From contig JAZJXT010000004.1 of assembly GCA_040390725.1 (NCBI GenBank), positions 30,026 through 94,025 of the forward strand: a stretch of DNA of 64,000 nucleotides, given 5' to 3'. Shown piece after piece: positions 10,130-19,813 of this stretch. This DNA comes from Patescibacteria group bacterium (GTDB taxonomy: Bacteria > Patescibacteriota > Minisyncoccia > Phycocordibacterales > UBA9973). The notes below the pieces were generated by a model, which was given only the letters and a program-made list of their open reading frames with translations, did no database searches and was not told the origin of the DNA. The number at the start of each line of letters is the position of its first letter. Position 1 is the stretch's first letter. Both the position numbers and the translations under genes were made by a program.

Positions 10130-11389
10130 ATGTTAGATATTAAATTCATTCGGGAAAATAAAGATATTGTGCAGGCAGGTGCGAAGAAAAAGCGCGTGGA
10201 AATTGATATTGAAAAGCTTATTGCGCTTGATGATGACCGTTTGAAGGTCTTGAAAGAAGTCGAAGAACTTCGCAGTGAGGTAAATAAAGTTTCAAATGAT
10301 ATAGCTCGCGACCAAGACCCAGCTTTGAAAATACAGCTCATCGAAGAAATGCGTGGAGTCAAAGAAGACATTAAGGCAAAAGAAGAAAAATTAAAACAAA
10401 TTACCGAAGAGTGGCAAGCTTTGATGTTACAAGTTCCAAATGTTCCTGATATGACAGTGCCTGATGGTGTAACTGATGCCGACAATCAAGAAATAAAAGC
10501 TTGGGGTAACAAATTTGAATTTGCTCCAAAAGATCACATAGAAATAATGACGGCATTAAAAATGTGTGATTTTGAACGTGGCGCAAAGGTGCACGGTTTT
10601 CGAGGATATTTTTTGACTGGTGATGGAGCTAGGCTTTGTTTTGCAATTTGGAATTACGCTATGGATTTTTTTGGAGACAAAGGTTTTACTCCTATTATCC
10701 CGCCGGTTATTGTACGCAAGCAAAATCTTTTCGGCACAGCGCATTTGCCGGGTGATGTCGAAGACTATTATGTGACTCAAGATGATGATGCATTGGCAGG
10801 TACAGCAGAGGTGCCTTTGATGGGTATGCATGCGGGAGAAACTTTGGATAAAAATTCTTTCCCGATAAAATATTTAGGATTCTCTCCATGTTTTCGACGT
10901 GAAGCAGGCAGTCATGGAAAAGATGTCAAAGGTCTTATTCGTGTACATGAATTTTATAAATGGGAACAAGTTATTTTGTGTGAAGCTAGTCATGAGACTT
11001 CTGTAAAATTCCATGATGAATTGAATCGCAATACGGAAGAATTTATTGAAAGTATGCACATACCTTATCGTACAGTTTTAAACTGCGGAGGGGATTTGGG
11101 CACAGGGCAAGTTAAAAAATATGACATTGAGCTTTGGGTTCCAAAAGAAGGCAAGTATCGCGAGATTTCTTCCGCTTCTTATTTCCATGATTTCCAATGC
11201 AGAAGGTTTGGCATCAGATATAAAGACGAAAATGGCAAAATGCAATATGCCCACTCTTTGAATTCTACTGCAATACCTACTCCTAGAATTCTCGTTTCCT
11301 TGATGGAAAATTTCCAGCAACCAGATGGATCTTTTAAAATCCCTGAAGTTTTGAGAAAGTACATGAGAGGCAGGGAATTCATAAAGTAA
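10130..11389 (+). CDS. serS: Serine--tRNA ligase
   Basis: MLDIKFIREN, GTAEVP, FRREAGS, RVHEF, EISSAS. Confidence 0.97.
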   Translation: MLDIKFIRENKDIVQAGAKKKRVEIDIEKLIALDDDRLKVLKEVEELRSEVNKVSNDIARDQDPALKIQLIEEMRGVKEDIKAKEEKLKQITEEWQALMLQVPNVPDMTVPDGVTDADNQEIKAWGNKFEFAPKDHIEIMTALKMCDFERGAKVHGFRGYFLTGDGARLCFAIWNYAMDFFGDKGFTPIIPPVIVRKQNLFGTAHLPGDVEDYYVTQDDDALAGTAEVPLMGMHAGETLDKNSFPIKYLGFSPCFRREAGSHGKDVKGLIRVHEFYKWEQVILCEASHETSVKFHDELNRNTEEFIESMHIPYRTVLNCGGDLGTGQVKKYDIELWVPKEGKYREISSASYFHDFQCRRFGIRYKDENGKMQYAHSLNSTAIPTPRILVSLMENFQQPDGSFKIPEVLRKYMRGREFIK

Positions 11390-12213
11390 TGCAAAAAAGA
11401 ATTGTTTTAAATTCTCGACACTTAGAAGAACTTCGAAAAAAGAAGTTAAAAATTCTTCGTAATAGAATTTTATTTTTTGTTGTTAGTTTTTTAATAATTA
11501 TAGGCGGGTCGGCGGGTATTTCACATATACCAAAACTTTTAATAAAGTCAGTGGAGGTGCGGGGAGTAAAGATTTTGGATGCTGATGTATTGCAGGGTGA
11601 AGTAGAGGGTACTTTCAAAAGTAAATATAATATATTTTCTAAATACAATGTTTTTATTTATCCAAAAAGTAAAATCTCGAGAATTTTGGCTCAAATACCG
11701 CGCATAAAAACTTTTGATATTAGCTTGGAGAATTTTAACCATTTAGTCGTAAATATTTCCGAAAGAGAAAATAAATATATTTGGTGTGGAGATGAAATGC
11801 CGGCGGACAATGCAAGTTTGAAAAATACAGATTGTTATTTTATGGATGAGAATGGTTATGTCATGGAACAAGCGCCGTATTTTTCCGGTGATGTGTATTT
11901 TAGATTTTTTGGAAAAATAAACGGAGATAGTGAGAATCCATCTAGTAATTATTTCCTGCCGAATATTTTTGGAAAAATTTCTTTATTTAAAACTAATTTG
12001 GAAAAAATGGGCTTGAAGCTTTCTTCGTTTAGCGCAAAAGAAAATGGTGATATGGAGATGCGTCTTTCTTCTGGTTCGACGATTCTTTTCAAGGGTGATG
12101 CTGATTTTGACAAACTAACCGAGAATTTGCAGGCTGCATTAGTTACTGAGCCTGATTTGATTAATAAAAGTGTTGATTTACGTTTTGGCAATAAGGTTTA
12201 TTTTCTTAAATGA
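11389..12213 (+). CDS. FtsQ/DivIB-like bitopic protein
   Basis: Basic N-terminus, single TM helix, POTRA-like region, C-terminal VDLRFGNKVY. Confidence 0.7.
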   Translation: MQKRIVLNSRHLEELRKKKLKILRNRILFFVVSFLIIIGGSAGISHIPKLLIKSVEVRGVKILDADVLQGEVEGTFKSKYNIFSKYNVFIYPKSKISRILAQIPRIKTFDISLENFNHLVVNISERENKYIWCGDEMPADNASLKNTDCYFMDENGYVMEQAPYFSGDVYFRFFGKINGDSENPSSNYFLPNIFGKISLFKTNLEKMGLKLSSFSAKENGDMEMRLSSGSTILFKGDADFDKLTENLQAALVTEPDLINKSVDLRFGNKVYFLK

Positions 12214-13268
12214 ACAATTTCTGGGAAAAACTAAAGAAACCAATTTTTGTCCTCGCGCCGATGGCAGACGTGACGGATTGCGCTTTTCGAAAAATAATAA
12301 ATAAATACGGCAAGCCGGATGTTTTTTGGACTGAGTTCGTATCAGCGGATGGACTGGCGCATCCCGTCGCGCGAGAAAAACTTTTGATTGATTTAAAATT
12401 TGAAAAAGGTGAGCATCCGATAGTCGCACAAATATTCGGAGGCCGGCCGGAGAATATTCGCGAAGCAGCCAAGCTTTGTGCTCTACTTGGTTTTGATGGT
12501 GTGGACTTAAATATGGGCTGTCCGGATAAATCAATCGAGAAGCAAAATTCCGGCGCTGGGTGCATAAAAAATCCAAAGTTAGCCATCGAGGTCATACGCG
12601 CGGCGAAAGAAGGCGCAATGTCCGCCAGTGGGCGGATTCCTGTTTCTGTGAAAACTCGTATCGGATACAATAAAGAAGAAATAGATACTTGGATAGCAGG
12701 ATTGTTGGCAGAAAAATTGCCCGTACTTACTGTGCATTTACGAACAAGAAAAGAAATGTCTTTAGTTCCTGCGCATTGGGAACTGATGCCTAGAATTATA
12801 GAATTAAGAAATAAAATTTCTCCCGAGACTTTGATAATAGGGAATGGTGATGTTGTGGATTTGAAAGATGCAGAAGAAAAAGTAAAAAAATACGGTTGTG
12901 ACGGTGTGATGCTCGGCAGGGCGATTTTTGGGAATCCGTGGTTGTTTGCAAAGTCGGAGAAAGCTTCTCTTGAAAAGCACAAAAATTTTCTGCTGAAAAT
13001 TTTATCTGTCCGTCGTCGCCACTCCTACCAAGGCTTTTCTCAAGAACTTTCTCCGACTTTGCATCACAAGCTCGAAGTCATGATAGAACATACCAAACTT
13101 TTTGAAGAAATGCTTGGCAAACATAAAAATTTCGCAATTATGAAAAAGCATTACAAGGCATATGTAAATGGTTTTGATGGAGCGAAAGAATTGCGAGTGA
13201 AACTTATGGAAGCTGAAAATGCCGACGAAGTCGAAAAAATAACAAATGATTTTTTAAAAACTTTCTGA
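12210..13268 (+). CDS. dus: tRNA-dihydrouridine synthase with in-frame insertion
   Basis: LAPMADVTD, DLNMGCP, SVKTRIG, GNGDV, GVMLGRA. Confidence 0.94.
   Translation: MNNFWEKLKKPIFVLAPMADVTDCAFRKIINKYGKPDVFWTEFVSADGLAHPVAREKLLIDLKFEKGEHPIVAQIFGGRPENIREAAKLCALLGFDGVDLNMGCPDKSIEKQNSGAGCIKNPKLAIEVIRAAKEGAMSASGRIPVSVKTRIGYNKEEIDTWIAGLLAEKLPVLTVHLRTRKEMSLVPAHWELMPRIIELRNKISPETLIIGNGDVVDLKDAEEKVKKYGCDGVMLGRAIFGNPWLFAKSEKASLEKHKNFLLKILSVRRRHSYQGFSQELSPTLHHKLEVMIEHTKLFEEMLGKHKNFAIMKKHYKAYVNGFDGAKELRVKLMEAENADEVEKITNDFLKTF
12947..13063. repeat. 117-bp MITE-like element with 17-bp perfect terminal inverted repeats inside dus
   Basis: TGCAAAGTCGGAGAAAG ... CTTTCTCCGACTTTGCA, with inner hairpin AAAATTTTC-TGCT-GAAAATTTT; length is a multiple of 3. 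Confidence 0.8.
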
Positions 13269-13280
13269 TATAATCAAACA

Positions 13281-14339
13281 ATGATTGAATTAGCATTATA
13301 TCGTAAATACAGACCGCAGAATTTTGAGGAGATGCTTGGGCAAGAGCATATTGCCAGCGTTTTGCAGAATGCCATTGATACGGGTAAAATTTCACATTCG
13401 TATTTATTTGTGGGGAGCAGAGGCACAGGCAAGACCAGTGCCGCACGTATTTTTGCGCATGGTATAGGAGTTTCCAATAATGATATTTATGAAATAGATG
13501 CAGCTTCGAATAGAGGCGTGGATGATGTGCGCGAGCTTCGCGACGGAGTCAGCACTTTGCCTTTTGATTCAAAATACAAAGTTTATATTTTGGACGAGGT
13601 GCATATGTTCACCAAAGAATCTTGGAATACTCTTTTGAAAACTTTAGAAGAACCGCCGAATCATGTCATTTTTATAATGGCGACCACTGAACTTCAAAAA
13701 GTTCCCGACACTATTGTGTCTCGTTGTCAGGTTTTTACTTTCAAGAAGCCGACTGATTTAATTTTAAAAAATATGCTTTTGTCCGTAGCAGAGAAAGAAG
13801 GTTTTGAACTCGATGCCGGCTCGGCGGAACTCATTGCTATATTGGGCGATGGTTCATACCGCGATGCATTGGGTTATTTGCAGAAAGTTTTAAACTTCTC
13901 CGATAAAAAGAAAAGTAAAAAAATAAAAAGGGAAGATGTAGAAAAAATAACCGGCGCGCCGAAGACTACTTTGGTAAATAGTTTTATTTCCGCAATTGCT
14001 GAGAAAAAATTGGAAGAAGGCATAATGGCAGTGCGCAAAGCATCCGAGGAAAATTTAGATATGAAATTATTTTTGAAATTAATTATCCAGAAATTCCGAA
14101 TGGCTATTATCCTAAAATCTGCGCCGAAACTCGAAACAGAAATGGCAGGGGATTTATCAGGGGAAGATCTAGTCTTTTTAAAAGGTTTAGTAAAAAATGA
14201 TTTACCCGGCAAAGCAGGAATGTTCCACTCCGCGACACTCATAGCCCTCCTGGAGGCATATCAAAACATAGACAAAGCATTTGTGTCCGAATTGCCCCTT
14301 GAGCTTGCGTTAATAAAAATTCTGGCGTCTTCGAACTAG
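13281..14339 (+). CDS. dnaX: DNA polymerase III subunit gamma/tau (short form)
   Basis: LYRKYRPQ, GSRGTGKT, EIDAASNRG, ILDEVHM, TIVSRCQ. Confidence 0.95.
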   Translation: MIELALYRKYRPQNFEEMLGQEHIASVLQNAIDTGKISHSYLFVGSRGTGKTSAARIFAHGIGVSNNDIYEIDAASNRGVDDVRELRDGVSTLPFDSKYKVYILDEVHMFTKESWNTLLKTLEEPPNHVIFIMATTELQKVPDTIVSRCQVFTFKKPTDLILKNMLLSVAEKEGFELDAGSAELIAILGDGSYRDALGYLQKVLNFSDKKKSKKIKREDVEKITGAPKTTLVNSFISAIAEKKLEEGIMAVRKASEENLDMKLFLKLIIQKFRMAIILKSAPKLETEMAGDLSGEDLVFLKGLVKNDLPGKAGMFHSATLIALLEAYQNIDKAFVSELPLELALIKILASSN

Positions 14340-14383
14340 AACCATGTCAGCCAAATGTTATTAGTAATAGATAGTTTAGAAAA

Positions 14384-14707
14384 TTATCGTAAGTCTTTCC
14401 ACTGATTGGTTTCAGGATTATAAACAACAATCATTTCCCCACTTATTGGAATTTCATCTTGGTAGTAAGTAGCAGAAACAGATGTATCTGATGATTGATT
14501 CTTTCCGAATCTTCCTTTTCTCATATATTGATATTCAATAGTTTCGCCTGGCTCTTTACCATCAATTTTTACTTCAAGCAAGTAGAGTCCTTGGTTATCA
14601 GACAGCTCACGAACAAAAGTGGCATTCTCTGCTATTCGAGACATGACCTCCATTACTTCATTTTTTGTTGGGATTCTTTCGTGTTCTCCTTCAAATGGAT
14701 TTTTCAT
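14384..14707 (-). CDS. Hypothetical protein
   Basis: 107-aa ORF; TATAAT 7 nt before ATG. Confidence 0.65.
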   Translation of the reverse strand: MKNPFEGEHERIPTKNEVMEVMSRIAENATFVRELSDNQGLYLLEVKIDGKEPGETIEYQYMRKGRFGKNQSSDTSVSATYYQDEIPISGEMIVVYNPETNQWKDLR

Positions 14708-14800
14708 ACTATAGATTATAGTATATTAAATTATTTAAGTACATAAAGCTTGGTGTTGATAAAAACATAAGTAAGATGTTATAATAATCATATCCTACCT

Positions 14801-15502
14801 ATGATTAAAAAAGAAACAGAAAAAGAGCTAGCTGTAAAACTTCGCAAGAATGGGCAAACTTATTCTGAGATTTTGAAAGTTATTCCTGTGGCAAAATCAA
14901 CACTTTCTCTTTGGCTTCGCGAAGTGGGCATTTCAGAAATGCACAAGCAAAGTTTTAGTGCTAAAAAGAGATTATCAGCAATGCGCGGAGGTCAAGCCAA
15001 GAAGAAGCAACGAATAGAAAAGCAAAATAAAATTATTTCTAAGGCAAAATCAGAAATTACAGGTGTTTCCTTGAAAGAATTATTTTTGATAGGGGCTGTA
15101 TTGTATTGGGCAGAGGGCGCAAAAGAAAAAGAATATCATCCAGGGTCACAGCTTCAGTTTTCCAATATGGACACGAGAATGATACAGGTTTTTCTCGTTT
15201 GGCTTTTAAAAGTGTGCAAAATTAGTAAAAATATGATAGTCTTCAATATATTTCTTCATAAAAGCCAAGAGCATAGGCTTGAAGAAGTTAAGAAATATTG
15301 GGCTGGGATAACAGGTTTTTCCAAAGACAAATTTGATACTGTTTATTGGAAAAAGAATAAGTTAAGTAAAACTAGCCGAAAAAATACTGGAGAAAAGTAT
15401 TATGGTGTGTTAAAAATAAAGGTAAGGACGAGTTCGGATTTAGTCAGAAAAATAGCAGGCTGGACGGATGGAATTTTTGAAAAAATAAATAGTGTTAAAT
15501 AA
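14801..15502 (+). CDS. HTH plus LAGLIDADG-like domain protein
   Basis: N-terminal HTH (GQTYSEI...VAKSTLSLWL); LYWAEGAK helix followed by FSNMD..MI.VF..WL. Confidence 0.65.
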   Translation: MIKKETEKELAVKLRKNGQTYSEILKVIPVAKSTLSLWLREVGISEMHKQSFSAKKRLSAMRGGQAKKKQRIEKQNKIISKAKSEITGVSLKELFLIGAVLYWAEGAKEKEYHPGSQLQFSNMDTRMIQVFLVWLLKVCKISKNMIVFNIFLHKSQEHRLEEVKKYWAGITGFSKDKFDTVYWKKNKLSKTSRKNTGEKYYGVLKIKVRTSSDLVRKIAGWTDGIFEKINSVK

Positions 15503-15516
15503 ATTGTCACTACCGC

Positions 15517-15587
15517 TGGGAGATCGTCTAATGGTAGGACTCCTCCCTTTGAAGGAGGCTATCTTGGTTCGAATCCAGGTCTCCCAG
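15517..15587 (+). tRNA. tRNA-Gln (TTG)
   Basis: TGGGAGA/TCTCCCA acceptor, anticodon arm CCTCC-CTTTGAA-GGAGG, T-loop GTTCGAATC. Confidence 0.95.
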
Positions 15588-15620
15588 CAGTGTTGAGAAT
15601 TATCTATTTAATAAAATTAC

Positions 15621-15833
15621 ATGAGTATTAATATTAAAAACGTAAAAGGAGATATAATTGCTAGTGAAAAACAAACCGGTGGTTTTACCGGGAAAGCTAC
15701 TAATTGTTATAATTTCTTTGATAAAAATAAAAAATCTATGATTATTTCTACACTACTATTTATAGTTGCATTAATAGCATTTTTTTCAAATTTAACAACT
15801 ATTTTAAATTATTTTAAAATTATTATTTTTTAA
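15621..15833 (+). CDS. Small membrane protein with N-terminal N/G/Q-rich motif
   Basis: 70 aa; C-terminal hydrophobic helix; motif shared with next gene. Confidence 0.55.
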   Translation: MSINIKNVKGDIIASEKQTGGFTGKATNCYNFFDKNKKSMIISTLLFIVALIAFFSNLTTILNYFKIIIF

Positions 15834-15835
15834 TA

Positions 15836-16378
15836 ATGTCAGAAGAAAATAAAAACCAAATAAATATCGATAACATATCTGGCGATGTAGTAGTTTCAGA
15901 GTATCAATCAGGGGGCATAACAGCTCATTCTGTGTATATCACTCAAGGAGTTAATAAAAGGGTATTAACCAATAAAATTGATAATATTATTGAGGAATTA
16001 AAAAAAAGTCCAGTTGCAGCGTACAGATTACATTATGCACCAGGCGACGATGAAGTTAATAAACTTACAAATGAACTCAACTACATATTATCTAGTTGTG
16101 GTTGGAAAAAGATGAATCCAGTACAACGTCTTGGTGGCCATAACTTACCAGTAGGAATTACAATTTTTATGTTAAAGCCAGAAGAACCTCTGACCACCCT
16201 TGTTAACTTGTTATGGAATGCGTTAGGTCATCAAGGTGTTGAGGGAAATGTTTTAGTTGATGTAAAAAATATTTTTACTATTCATGGATGGCCACCAGTA
16301 GAATTACCTATAGGAATGAATGGCGCAGTGATTTTTATAGGTTCTAATCCTGATCAATTACATAATTTCCATGCCTAA
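15836..16378 (+). CDS. Hypothetical protein with N-terminal N/G/Q-rich motif
   Basis: 180 aa; starts 2 nt after upstream stop. Confidence 0.7.
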   Translation: MSEENKNQINIDNISGDVVVSEYQSGGITAHSVYITQGVNKRVLTNKIDNIIEELKKSPVAAYRLHYAPGDDEVNKLTNELNYILSSCGWKKMNPVQRLGGHNLPVGITIFMLKPEEPLTTLVNLLWNALGHQGVEGNVLVDVKNIFTIHGWPPVELPIGMNGAVIFIGSNPDQLHNFHA

Positions 16379-17396
16379 ACAAAAGAAAAAATCATTTACT
16401 CCATTACTGGGGCAAGTTTTGAAAAAGATTGCTCATCGGATTGGGGCGACTGTTGTGATGGAGCCGGAATATAATATTGTGGGGCAGATTATTTACAAAA
16501 GCGGAAGGAAAAGATATTTTAGATACTCCAGTCTCGACTTAAATTCTTTGGGGGCTTCAGAAATTGCCAAAGACAAAGATTATGCGAATTTTTTTATGAA
16601 AAGAATGGGCTATCCAATAGTTCCCGATACTAAAACTTTTTTTAAAACGCAGTGGGCTATGGCAATAGGCGAGCCAGGGCGCAACATGCTATCCGCTTAT
16701 AATTATGCTAAGAAAATCGGTTTCCCTGTGATAGTCAAACCAAACAGCGGGAGTCAAGGCTCGGGGGTAACATTGGTGCATAATAAAAAAGAACTTTACA
16801 GGGCGATGCGTTTTATATTTAAAAATGACAGAGTCGCTATGGTTCAAAGAAAAGTAGAAGGCAAAGACTATCGTCTGGTAGTTTTGGATAATCAAATTAT
16901 TTCGGCTTATGAGCGCATACCCTCGAGTGTCGTCGGTGATGGCAAGTCAAATATACTACAGCTCATGCAAATAAAACAAAAAGATTTTATTGCTTCGAGT
17001 CGTGATACGCAATTAAAATTCACTGACCCGCGTATAAAAGAAAAATTAAAACATTTCGGACTAAATTTAAAATCCGTTTTAGCACGAGGGCAAAGAATTT
17101 ATTTATTGGATAATGCAAATCTTTCCACGGGCGGAGATTCTATCGATGTGACTAAAAAAGTTCATCCTTTATTTAAAAAATTAGCTATAAAGCTGACAAA
17201 AGATATGGGGCTCAGGCTTTGCGGAGTAGATTTGATGGTTAAAGGCGACATAAGTGAGAAGCCAAATACATATTGGGTGCTTGAAATAAATTCTGCGCCG
17301 GGACTCGACCATTATGCCAAAACAGGTAAAGCCCAAGAAAAAATCGTTGAAGACTTGTATCTGCAAGTTTTAAAAAGCATGGAAAAAGCAAAATAA
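16371..17396 (+). CDS. ATP-grasp ligase, cyanophycin synthetase/GshAB-like domain
   Basis: GFPVIVKP.SGSQG.GV, DYRLVV, NANLSTGG, CGVD, LEINSAPG. Confidence 0.82.
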   Translation: MPKQKKKSFTPLLGQVLKKIAHRIGATVVMEPEYNIVGQIIYKSGRKRYFRYSSLDLNSLGASEIAKDKDYANFFMKRMGYPIVPDTKTFFKTQWAMAIGEPGRNMLSAYNYAKKIGFPVIVKPNSGSQGSGVTLVHNKKELYRAMRFIFKNDRVAMVQRKVEGKDYRLVVLDNQIISAYERIPSSVVGDGKSNILQLMQIKQKDFIASSRDTQLKFTDPRIKEKLKHFGLNLKSVLARGQRIYLLDNANLSTGGDSIDVTKKVHPLFKKLAIKLTKDMGLRLCGVDLMVKGDISEKPNTYWVLEINSAPGLDHYAKTGKAQEKIVEDLYLQVLKSMEKAK

Positions 17397-17416
17397 AATG
17401 TTAGAATGAAATTTCT

Positions 17417-18067
17417 ATGGAACAGCCATTTATAAGTTGGGCGGAAAAGCAATTGGGCGGGAATATCGTCGTAAACAGAGAAGTTTGCGGGAATCAAAGC
17501 ACCGTTTATAACTTGGCGACTCCGCAAGGAAATTATTTTTTGAAAATTGCTCCGGATTTAGAACAAGAACGTCAGAGTATAGAGAAAGTTAGTGGGAAAT
17601 TACCAGTACCGAAAGTCATAGCTTTTGCGTGTATTGGGGACAAGGATGCATTATTATTGTCAGCATTGCCTGGAGATAATTTAAAAAAATTTAGCAAAGA
17701 ATGGCCAGTGGAAAAAATCATAGACAAGATGGTTGAAACTTTGCGAGAACTTCATAATGTGAATACGGAAATTTATTCAGACGATGGAAACATCGAAGGA
17801 AAAGTCATAGTGCACGGTGATGCTTGCCTGCCGAATTTTATTTTTGAAGGGGATAAATTTTCCGGTTTTGTTGACCTGGGTGATATGCGAGTAGATGATG
17901 CGGATGTGGACCTAGCCGCGGCTGTGTGGAGCCTGGATTATAATTTCGGCAAAGGGCACGGGTTAAAATTCTTGGATAAATACGGTGTGAAAAATCCAAC
18001 GGAAGAAATGGTGGAAAATTTGGAAAAAAAATACGAAGAAATGCAAAAAAAGTGGGGGTTACTTTGA
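17417..18067 (+). CDS. Aminoglycoside phosphotransferase (APH(3')-like) family kinase
   Basis: FLK, LPVPKV, HGDACLPN, GFVDLG, DLA. Confidence 0.8.
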   Translation: MEQPFISWAEKQLGGNIVVNREVCGNQSTVYNLATPQGNYFLKIAPDLEQERQSIEKVSGKLPVPKVIAFACIGDKDALLLSALPGDNLKKFSKEWPVEKIIDKMVETLRELHNVNTEIYSDDGNIEGKVIVHGDACLPNFIFEGDKFSGFVDLGDMRVDDADVDLAAAVWSLDYNFGKGHGLKFLDKYGVKNPTEEMVENLEKKYEEMQKKWGLL

Positions 18068-18071
18068 AAGC

Positions 18072-18100
18072 TTGACTTTTAAAGCTCCATATGATAATAT
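18072..18100 (+). promoter_or_regulatory. sigma70-type promoter
   Basis: TTGACT-17 nt-(TGa)TAATAT. Confidence 0.6.
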
Positions 18101-18157
18101 AAACTTTGTAGGAAGAAAATTTGTTCTTTCCGGTAATTAATTTTTTAAAAAAAGATT

Positions 18158-18511
18158 ATGAAAAAATTTAAATTTTTACTACTAAATTTTTTTAGTGGCA
18201 ACGAAGAAGGTTTTGAAATCCTGAAATCCAAGATTATCGGGATTTTAGGGAAAAAAACCTTAAGGGTTGAAAAAATTTTTAAACCCAAAAAAGACCTATC
18301 ATTATCTGGTTGTGTAGAATTACTAAAAAAACATAGCCACGTTTCACATTCAGAATTAATTAATTTATTCTGGCACATTGTGGATAAATGGACAAATAAA
18401 ACATCTCCATCTTGTCAAATGCAAATATTGACAGATGGAACAATAGTGTTTTTTCAAGGAAACTACGATTCTGATAATTGTCAGATTAGGTTTCTTATTC
18501 ATGAACGTTAA
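18158..18511 (+). CDS. Hypothetical protein (ORFan-like)
   Basis: 117-aa ORF between a promoter and a terminator. Confidence 0.6.
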   Translation: MKKFKFLLLNFFSGNEEGFEILKSKIIGILGKKTLRVEKIFKPKKDLSLSGCVELLKKHSHVSHSELINLFWHIVDKWTNKTSPSCQMQILTDGTIVFFQGNYDSDNCQIRFLIHER

Positions 18512-18529
18512 ACTTTTGTTGTATAGCCC

Positions 18530-18576
18530 GCCCCTGGTCCTTCAAGTCAATACTTGAGGACCAGGGGCATTTTTTT
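18530..18576 (+). terminator. Intrinsic terminator
   Basis: GCCCCTGGTCCTTCAAGT-CAAT-ACTTGAGGACCAGGGGC followed by T-tract. Confidence 0.85.
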
Positions 18577-18618
18577 GCCAATTTTTAATAATATTTTAAA
18601 ATATGCTAGAATATAAAA

Positions 18619-19062
18619 ATGCAAAATTTAAAAGTTGCCAAAATAGAAAATACTATTGAGACAATTACAGCGGGTGGAGTCGTTATGAACGATGGCAAAG
18701 TTATTGTCGTAAATCAAAATGGTAATTCGTGGTCTTTGCCGAAGGGGCATATCGAAGCAGGTGAAAATTTGATGGATGCAGCTAAAAGGGAAATATATGA
18801 AGAGTCAGGGATTACAGAACTGGAATACATAAAACCACTTGGCAAATATGCCAGGCATAAAATAGGTAAAGATGGAAATACTGATTCTTCTGAATTAAAA
18901 CACATAACAATATTTTTATTTAAAACAAAAGAAACAGAACTCAATCCGCAAGACAAAGAAAATCCAGAAGCAATCTGGCTCCCGATATCCGAAGTTTCAT
19001 CCAAACTTACTCACCAAAAAGATAAAGAATTTTTCGAGTCGGTGATTAGTTTGTTGAAATAA
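18619..19062 (+). CDS. NUDIX hydrolase
   Basis: Nudix box GHIEAGENLMDAAKREIYEESG. Confidence 0.92.
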   Translation: MQNLKVAKIENTIETITAGGVVMNDGKVIVVNQNGNSWSLPKGHIEAGENLMDAAKREIYEESGITELEYIKPLGKYARHKIGKDGNTDSSELKHITIFLFKTKETELNPQDKENPEAIWLPISEVSSKLTHQKDKEFFESVISLLK

Positions 19063-19092
19063 TTTTTTATTAAATTATGTTAATATGTAAAT

Positions 19093-19635
19093 ATGAATAA
19101 ATTAAAAATTTTGGCTATTAGCGGGAGCTTAAGGAAATATTCTATAAATACGGGATTATTAAAAGCGGTAGTTGGTTTGGGTGGGGATGATATGGAAATT
19201 ACCCTTGCAGATATTTCAACTTTACCTATGTATAATCAAGACCTAGAAGCAAGTTTCCCGGAAGTAGTTACAAATCTGAAAAAACAAATTAGTGAAGCCG
19301 ACGGAGTTATTATCGCTACGCCGGAATTTAATAGGTCAATTCCCGGCGCTTTGAAAAATATGCTTGATTGGACTTCGAGGCCTTATGGTGATGCTACCTG
19401 GAAAGGCAAACCCGTAGCGACAATGGGCGCAACCACGAGCACCCTAGGCACAGGGCTCGCTCAATATCACTTAAAACAAATTTTACTTTATTTGAACACG
19501 CATGTATTGGGGCAGCCGGAATTTTATCTAAACGCTTCTGAAAAATTCGACAAAGAAGGGAATTTGACCGACGAAAAAACCAAAGAACATATCAAAAAAC
19601 TACTGGATGTTTTTGGGCAACATATAAAAAGTTAA
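19093..19635 (+). CDS. NADPH-dependent FMN reductase (ChrR/SsuE family)
   Basis: GSLRKYSIN, TPEFNRSIPGALKN.LDW.SRP. Confidence 0.92.
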   Translation: MNKLKILAISGSLRKYSINTGLLKAVVGLGGDDMEITLADISTLPMYNQDLEASFPEVVTNLKKQISEADGVIIATPEFNRSIPGALKNMLDWTSRPYGDATWKGKPVATMGATTSTLGTGLAQYHLKQILLYLNTHVLGQPEFYLNASEKFDKEGNLTDEKTKEHIKKLLDVFGQHIKS

Positions 19636-19696
19636 GATATTGACTTTGTCTTTAAATGATGTAATCTTTTGATAGATTTGTCCGTTTTCCTCTTTG

Positions 19697-19760
19697 AATC
19701 AAATTTAGCATTTTGGCACTTTTATATTTATTAAAAGGTTCTAAAATGCTGAATTTGATT
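19697..19760 (+). promoter_or_regulatory. Long leader hairpin upstream of ORFan
   Basis: AATCAAATTTAGCATTTTGG pairs with CTAAAATGCTGAATTTGATT (two G-U pairs); promoter TTGACT..TAATCT at 19640-19667. Confidence 0.6.
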
Positions 19761-19813
19761 ATCTTTACAATAGAGTAGAGAGTCATAGGAGGTAAACTTT
19801 AAAAATTAAATAG

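Noticed and set aside
14201-14219. Possible palindromic insertion in dnaX (LPGKAG)
   Set aside because: Peptide looks like a short insert, but DNA symmetry is too degenerate to support
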